A stretch of DNA of 64,000 nucleotides, from assembly GCA_951406725.2 (NCBI GenBank), contig OX597827.1, forward strand, positions 36,580,001-36,644,000, read 5' to 3'. Position numbers and translations under genes: made by a program. Under the pieces are notes generated by a model that was given only the letters and a program-made list of their open reading frames with translations, did no database searches and had not been told where the DNA came from. Shown here one piece after another: positions 56,545-64,000 of the stretch (positions within the stretch are counted from its first letter, which is position 1; the number at the start of each line of letters is the position of its first letter). The stretch comes from Octopus vulgaris (taxonomy: Eukaryota).

Positions 56545-59525
56545 CAGTTCGTTCAGAGTTGTCTCGCTTCGCTACATCGTTTGCTGCTGAAATTTTTGCT
56601 AGTGTGTCTTATTTTTCTGTTGGTGATTTTTGTTAATTGTACTGTTTGTTGCTTTGTGGATTCCTGTGTGAATCGAACTTTGTCGCCGTTTCGACGGTGT
56701 TTTCTCCCTACGAGGTGGAAAATTGTTAATTAATTTTGTGAACTTTGCCCAGTACAGGGGGAAATATTTTTTTCTACTTTTGTCATTTGTGACAGAAGGT
56801 GTATTTTTTCTACGTTGCTGTCTGTAAAGACAATATTGTATCTAAAAAAAAAAAAAAAAGAAGGGAATTTGATTTAAAATCAAATAAAGATTTCCTCTCA
56901 ATGCAAGGGAATGTTGAAGCAAATGAAGGTGAAAAACTGAGTTTTTCAGCGGCCGTTGGAGGCAACTTTATAGATATGAACGTTACAAAGGAACAATTGT
57001 TCAAGTTCAGAAATCTTATAAAGAAGACGGGAAGTGACACTAAACTCTTGCCACTACTGTACAAAATCTGGCATCAAAAATGGTGGTCTATAAAATTTAC
57101 AATAAAAAGGAAAAGAGAATAATGCCTACAAAAATGAAACAGTGGAAAAGTGCCTGGCGCCCATATGGGGCAAAATCGCGTACAACGGAAAAGGAGTGAG
57201 AAGCGCTACAGTGGAGGCGCATTTTAAAGATGCCGAAATGGCAAAACAAATATCAACTCAAACTTTAAGGAACGACGAAATAATCCCCCTTCCGACATAT
57301 TTTGGAAGGAGGACAGCAAAAATCCCAATAGGGGAAATACCAACCGAGTACGAGGCGTCATGGTTGGCCGCTGCGGTTATCTATGACGCCGAAGAGGAAA
57401 TAACTATATTACAAATGAGAAGGAGGGAGGCCATTAACTGGAAAGGCCAGACCCTGGAATCAAGGCCAGATCGAATCTTTATAGGGGTGGGACTAAATGC
57501 CCGTGTTTTGGTGGAAGGTCGAAGACCGAGGTGTTTTAAGTGTGGCGAGAAGGGATACATGAGGTCAGACTGTGAAAAGGTAAAAAGACAAAAAAGGTAG
57601 ATGTCCCCCACCTAAAAGAAAAAGGTATAGAAACCAACATGGAGGAGGAGAAAAAAACAGGAAAACCGGAGAAAGAGACAAAGAAAGAGGAGGAGAATAA
57701 ATCACAGAAAACAAAAGATGACGATAAAGGAAGTCAACAAGATGAAACGGAAGAAATGGATTACACAGTTGTGACACACAAAAGAAAAAAGTCCCAGCCC
57801 CTGACTCCCCTTCCATAACATAGAAAGCAATAACCACACGCGCAGGCACACAAGAAAAATTCCCCAGTCCACTCCCAAATCGAAACCCCAGACTAAACCA
57901 CTTTAATCAAAAGAGAGATTTATAAAATACAACGAAAAAAAACAAGTAATGGCTAAAATTTTTGGAGGACACCCGCAGGTGTTCATATATAAGCGGGTTC
58001 AAGACATGCCAGCCCATATTAGGCTGGCAAAAGTTATAGACGATGAACTTTACGAATCCTGTGAAAGAAGGTATCCCAGTGATTTGCTGGACGTGACTAA
58101 AGCAGTAGTCCAGAAAATGCTAGAGGTTGCATCCAGGGAGAAAAAGAGGGTGATACTGCCAAATTTAGTGCAGCCCCTCCCCAAAACGTAAAAACGTAAG
58201 TTTCTTTTGCTGTTTTAAACTCTTCCATAGAGATTAAAGTAGGGTCTATAAGTGCACGTGACTTGGGGTCGAGATGGAAACAAATCTGTCTCCTCAACGA
58301 CCTCAGGTCACTAGATTTATGTGTGGTAACTGACTCTAAGTTGAATGAGCCACACACATTCTCGCCTCTTCTAAGTAGCTACGAGAAATTTATTTATCCT
58401 AGTCGCCGGGGAGGTGCGGGCGTGGTGGTTTTGTTCAGAAAAGGCTTGGACGTACAGGTAAGTACAGTATTTCAGGATCCAGAAGGTAGGCTGGTCGTCC
58501 TAGATGTGACACATGTAAGTAAGCAGTCTTTAAGGTTGGTAGCTATCTACGCTCCGAAAGAATGTAGGCAAGCTGGGTTTTTTCGTGACTTGGAGAATTT
58601 CTTAGTAACGTCTAAGACTCTAGTTTTAACAGGAGACTTTAACACTATACTCGATGCACGGATGGATAGTGTTGGCTCGGCAAACTGAAGGGGAAATCCT
58701 GGTCTCAAAAGGCTACTAACAAGTCATGGCTTTGTAGACCGTTATAGGCTGGATGAACCACTCGTTCCACAGTGGACGCGGTCTAATAATAACGGTTCAC
58801 ACAGGTCTTATCTCGATAGAATATTCGTTAGAAATAGAGATAAGGATAGTGTTAGTTGTCCACGTTTCTACTGCGTCTCTTACACGAATCACTAATTTGT
58901 GACGTTTAAGGTGTACTTGGTTAAGTGCTATAGACAGGGACCAGGGTACTAGAAGCTAAGCAAGTCTATTTTGACTTGTAAAGCCTTCCAAGCCCGGGTT
59001 AAGGAATTAGTTCAGAGGGCATTATGTGGCGCCATCATCAATAATAGATGGTGGTGCGCCCTCAAACGAGCCTTTCGTTCAGAGTCTGTTAGATTTAGTA
59101 AAGAGCTAAGTTTAGAAAAGACTAGAATAGAAGGGAAATTAGCTAAGGAATTAGAAGAGGCCATGGAATCTGGCTCTGCATCTAGAGTGCCGGCGGCGAG
59201 GGCGCTCTTGTTCCGCCACCTCAAAGCCAAACACGAAGTTACGTGCAGTGGGGAGAGAGGGCATTTATTTATTTATCCTAGTCGCCGGGACTAAGTTACG
59301 TGCAGTGGGGAGAGAGGGCATTAACGTTGCTGGATGGGCTAATCGTGTGGAGAGTCGTAGAGGCAGAGAAGCCTCTATAAAGTCTTTAATTGACGAGCAG
59401 GGTCGTAAGATCGAGGGACAAGAGCAGATGCGGAAGGCTTTTCATCAGCATTTTGCCCAGTTATTAGGGGAGAGCGATGCGACGGACCGTGTGGAGCCCC
59501 TAAGGGACTTCCTCAATAGATGTCA
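56545..59525 (+). mobile_element. Tx1/L1-type LINE, 5' portion (ORF1 + ORF2 endonuclease), decayed
   Basis: ORF1 zinc knuckle CFKCGEKGYMRSDC; APE motifs VGSISARDL, DPEGRLVVLD, LVAIYAP, LTGDFN, SYLDRIF, TNH, GPGY*KL; RT missing. Confidence 0.9.
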
Positions 59526-59815
59526 TTGATTGGTTGAAATTGCCGAAATGCAAGAAATTTAACAACAAATAGCTTACAAACTAAAGAATTTTCTCAAGAA
59601 ATCCAAGAGAAAATGATGTTTTATGTAACACATTCTACCAGTATACGAAGTTTTAAAATGTTCAGTTACAAAGAAATTATTTTTTAGATCTGCCGGTCAA
59701 AGCGAAAAGATCCAAAAATGTTTTATACGATACATTCTACCAGTGTCTGAAGTTTGAAAGTGTTTAGTTACAAAAAATTAATTTCTCAATCTGCCGCTCA
59801 AAAGGTAAAGATCCC
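59523..59815. mobile_element. Right half of a 33965-family MITE with duplicated TIR
   Basis: ctgccggtcaaagcgaaaagatcc then ctgccgctcaaaaggtaaagatcc; body inverts to 34010-34150. Confidence 0.7.
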
Positions 59816-60585
59816 CTATAATATTTGTAGGTCTAAATGTGAAGATGTAAACGGTAAAACAGAATCTTTAAACGAATAAGCTATGTCTACAATAAACAAC
59901 AATAACTGGCAAGAATGATGGGACTATTTAAATTCCTGTCAGATGAGTTCATTTATATTTCTAAACTTAGCTTACTACTATCATAGGCAAATATTATCTT
60001 TTACTTAACCAATAGATGTTTATTCGTTACGGGATCTTTAAAATAATGGTCAACAACTGCTACTCTTTATTATTACTTCTGGTTTGTTACGAAAACGTAA
60101 AGATGATTAACGTTAAACTTTACAATTTCGCATTTATATTATTACGGAGATGTACTTGCATAGCAAGTGATTTGATCTGAGATCGTGTGCTGAAACGAAA
60201 ACAAGGCAGCACGGATTTTTGTCAGTGAACAGTTCGCGGTCTTAAAGTGACGAAAATATTTTGACAAATTAAACTTAAATGTTGAAGCGAATCGAACGGC
60301 TTTTGTCTGTTTCTTAAATGGCTTACAAACACCTTCCACGCTGCAATTGTTTTCATTTACATTATAATATTTATATTACGAATTTATATTCCTTATTATA
60401 TTTAGGTAATCTTACAGTTTCGGGTGTTTAAACAAGTAAATAATAATTAAAGGGGAAATAACAACTAAACGACGGCATGTAGACTCCCGAAGTGATTGTG
60501 CATCAGTACTTTGTAGATCCCACAAATAAGGACCTCCATACGCAAAATGTGGAGAATATGTAGATGCGGGAAAAGAAAATTACGA

Positions 60586-60868
60586 GGCGATGTTACGGTA
60601 TTAGTACCGGTGTACTTCCGGAAGTACCAGATACATTTCAAAAAAGTGTTTTTTTTATATATGGGGGGGGGGGGTTAGGGTTAGGGTATGTGGCGATGCT
60701 TCGGTATATGTACACACGTGACTTTGTTTACATTTCTGAAGATAACAGAAACCCTTTTCTCCCACCCCTAACAGAAACCCTAACCCCCCATATATAAAAA
60801 AACCCACTTTTTTTTTAATGTATCCGGTACTTCCGGAAGTACACCGGTACTAATACCGTAACATCGCC
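60586..60868. mobile_element. MITE with ~95-bp TIRs, GG termini, perfect 8-bp TSD (Merlin-like)
   Basis: aattacga|ggcgatgttacggtattagtacc ... ggtactaataccgtaacatcgcc|aattacga; internal ggttagggttaggg. Confidence 0.92.
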
Positions 60869-61106
60869 AATTACGACGTTAAAATTTATCCGTGTCGAAT
60901 TTACACGAATTCATATGGAGGAATTCTGTGCCCAAGAAAAAAAAAAAAATTCTGTTCACTTTTTGGTGGCTATTGCCAAGTACTACGTTGTGTAACAGAA
61001 AGTTGACTTATTTATCTCCCCTTTAATTTTTATTTATTTGTTCAAAACCCGAAATTGAAGGAAATACCTTAACAATCAATAAGTTCGAAGGAATGCCATT
61101 TAGGCG

Positions 61107-61372
61107 TTCTTTCGATATAACTCGACAAAATCAAAACACTTCACTTCGGGTATTACCGTGGAAGAAAATGGCAGTTCGATTCTGTTTTCTGCTTGGAAAT
61201 TTGCGGATTTTACACACACACATGAAACAGGTAAGAACAAATATGCAAGGCTTTTTTATTTCAAGTTTAAAATGAGACATTGCTGGCATAATTTCGTTAG
61301 ATCTATACCCTCCGCAACCCAAGGAAATACCCCAAGTGAAATGTCTCGACCTTGTCGAGCTATATCGAAGGA
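61107..61372. repeat. Imperfect ~50-bp inverted repeat (old MITE?)
   Basis: ttcgatataactcgacaaaatc...gggtattaccgtgg vs ccaaggaaatacccc...gtcgagctatatcgaa. Confidence 0.55.
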
Positions 61373-61820
61373 ATGATTATTTTTGCCTTTTACAGTTTAT
61401 AATTGTAAACTGGAACTAATCTCTATCTGAAATAGTCTCAAAATTCCCTCAGTTCAACATTGCGTGTTAATTTGAGAGATTTCGGAAAGGACTTGGTGTG
61501 TAAGATAGTTGGAAATACACGTAAAAGAGAATGGATTGTTACTTTCGGAAGAGTGTTTCAAAATTAATCTTCTTTCATTAATAAATGTTAACTCTTTTAA
61601 TTTCACTTAATATCTTACTTTAATAACGAATCCCATCGTTTCGAAGTTTGTCGATTTTTAATAATTTGTAGTCTAAAACAAAACCCATACGAATGGCAAG
61701 AGCGTTTCTGGCTACAGAAGTTCCGAATCTGTACAGAAATTGGCATTTCAAACTTTCAATTTCTTCATTTCTCACTTATTTTCAGAATTTCTTTTTTTTT
61801 TTTGTCATTATACGTGGAAA

Positions 61821-62075
61821 GGTACTTTTTGGTTGTCTCACCCTCATCAAAAAATGGGGTTATCTCCCCCGTTTTACGAGTGATAACGGTACTTTTGCTC
61901 ATCTCCCTCAACTAAAAAAATTGTTTAACCCTCAATAAAAAATAAGAAAAAGAAAAGTTAATAAACACGAAAACCGAAAAAAACAATTTTTTAGTTAAGG
62001 GAGATAACCAAAAGTACCGATATTTCTCGTAAATCGAGGGGAGATAACCCTATTTTTAATGGTAGTGAGATAACG
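61821..62075. mobile_element. Palindromic MITE
   Basis: 61821-61925 inverts to 61985-62075; another arm at 40820-40943. Confidence 0.7.
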
Positions 62076-62929
62076 TATTTTTTTTGTAAATTTCAAGTTT
62101 CGTTGGGTAGAAAAATCACTTTCAGTTGTAAAAAAATCAAAAAATCCCCCCCAAAACTGAACGCTTTAATTACACTTTCTGTCACAGTAAACCTCATTTT
62201 ACCCCGGGAAATTTCTCTGAAAGGCATCTTTGCTGAAAAGGTGATCATTATTTTATCACATTTTTTTTGCCCCCAACAAATTCCTATATTATCAGAGACT
62301 ACACTATCTGAAGCATATATGTATAAAATTTTGCGAAGAAACAAAACTGATATGGGAATTTTTTGAAACTCCTCTCCAAACTGTTGGGAAAATTTTTTTA
62401 CAGATTCGGAATCTCCATAACCAAAAACGTGGGTTTCTGTCGGGGGGAAAAAACAAAACAAAACAAAAAAGAAAACTAGAAGTGGGCGTAGTGACGGTTC
62501 ACCTTGCCCGCCGTAAAGTTTCTGTGTTTAATTTTGTTGTTATTCTCCATGTTAGAGCAAATCGAACAAGAAGCGAGGTTGTGAGGAACTGCAAATCCAC
62601 TAATGGGAGATAACTCACATATCTAACGCTTGTTTGCTTTGCAGCACATATGAAGTAACATTTTTGGCATACTTACACAATGTGCTCCCTCCCGACTTTG
62701 TTGCCGTCTAACTTCCAGGAAAAAAGAAAAATGGATATTCTTTAATGAAATTTCTACAGATATGCTTCAGATAGTGCAGATTTCGATTATATTGGAATTT
62801 ATGTTGAAACATTTTCCCGAGGGTTGTGGTGAAGAGTATTGGAAAATTCACATGAGTTGACTTTGTTTTCTCATAGCTTTCAGAAAAATAGGTAATTTAT
62901 AATGAAATTTTTTTAAATTGTCCATTTAA

Positions 62930-64000
62930 AAAAGCAGAGTGCTTTCATTGTGGAAATATAGAACATAAAAATGCACTGTAGAATGAAGATAACAAAACCA
63001 CAGAACAAAGAAAAAAATAATAAATAGTATATCATTAGAAGAAATTGGAAATATAATGATGAGGAAATTCATGACGGACAAAATCAGAAATGCAAGTGTT
63101 AAAATGCAGTTGGACACTGGTAGTGGTATCACCATTATAAACGAAAAATGTGGAACTAAGTCGGTAAGCTGGAATTAATTAAATCTTAAAAGGTAGCACA
63201 TGGTGTTACAAGAAGATTATATTTTCTTGGTAAATTTGAATGTAGTGTAACATTTTGAGATCAAACAAAAAAAGCTAAGATTTATCTGTTAAAAAATTCC
63301 CATAATCTTTTCAGCACAGAGTTGATGGAACTGTTCAAAGTATGGAATGTGCCCATACATGTTCTGTGTGGAAATATAGTCGGTTCAGTTAAAAGTTCAA
63401 ATGAGGCTGAATGACTGAAACAAAAAATTGCAATAAAACAGAGTGGAAAACCTGTATGTAAGCCAAAACAGAATAAAAAATTGCTCATGATAAAAAATAA
63501 ACATTGTTCAAAGGTAGATGTTCCATGGATGAGACCACATATCGACTTTTGATGGTCTTTTAAATGATTCTTACTACTTAGTTGTAGTTGATAGTTTTTC
63601 AGAATTTTCCTGAAATTCATAAGTAAAACACCAACCTCCTCAACTGTGATAAATTTTTTACACTAATTGTTTGCAAGATTTGGCATCCCAAAGAAGATTG
63701 TGTCTGACAATAGAATGCAGTTTGTGTCTGTTGAATTTAAAATATTTTGTGAAGCATTCGTGGTAGAATATATAACTATGGTGCCATATCATCCCAGATC
63801 TAATGGACAGGCAGAATGCTTTGTCAATACCTTCAAAAGGGTCCTTAGAAAATCACAGATGAGATAGCTCAACAACAATTTTTAAAAGTGTACTGTGTGA
63901 CACCAAACCCAAATACACCAGCAGGTAGCTCACCTGAGGAGCTGATGTTTGTAAGGAAAGTAAAATCAGTCTTTGCTAAATTGTTACCTGGCGAGAAAAG
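62930..64000 (+). mobile_element. Gypsy pol remnant (aspartic protease + integrase core; RT/RNase H deleted)
   Basis: VKMQLDTGSGITII; PWMRPHIDF; FARFGIPKKIVSDN.MQF; PYHPRSNGQAECFVNTFK; SPEELMF. Confidence 0.9.

Overview
Eukaryotic, AT-rich, gene-poor DNA, very probably from an octopus. That call rests on the recurrent tRNA-derived SINE families and the very dense (TA)n/(TACA)n/(TAG)n microsatellites, recalled from memory rather than searched. I can support no host protein-coding exon, and most ORFs in the track are microsatellite translations. The window is a mosaic of transposon remnants. These include at least six Penelope-like element (PLE) pieces (one with an open 377-codon RT/GIY-YIG frame), Tx1/L1-, RTE-, R4/Dong- and CR1/L2-type LINE fragments, and two Gypsy fragments. 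DNA transposons include hAT, Tc1, three mariners, a Merlin transposase split by a mariner, three MITEs with GG ends and 8-bp TSDs, an Academ-like remnant, and several non-autonomous Helitrons. There are also many SINEs and two minisatellites (70 bp x ~11, 47 bp x 27). The most striking hidden layer is about ten candidate type-I hammerhead ribozymes, found by eye on both strands. Most have palindromic (dimer-type) stem III and many have natural core variants (U3-A8 compensatory, U4C). Two of them form an inverted head-to-head pair. Many local fold-backs could also form dsRNA if the region is transcribed. Coordinates were counted by hand: TIR/TSD and ribozyme ends are close to exact, decayed-element boundaries are approximate.
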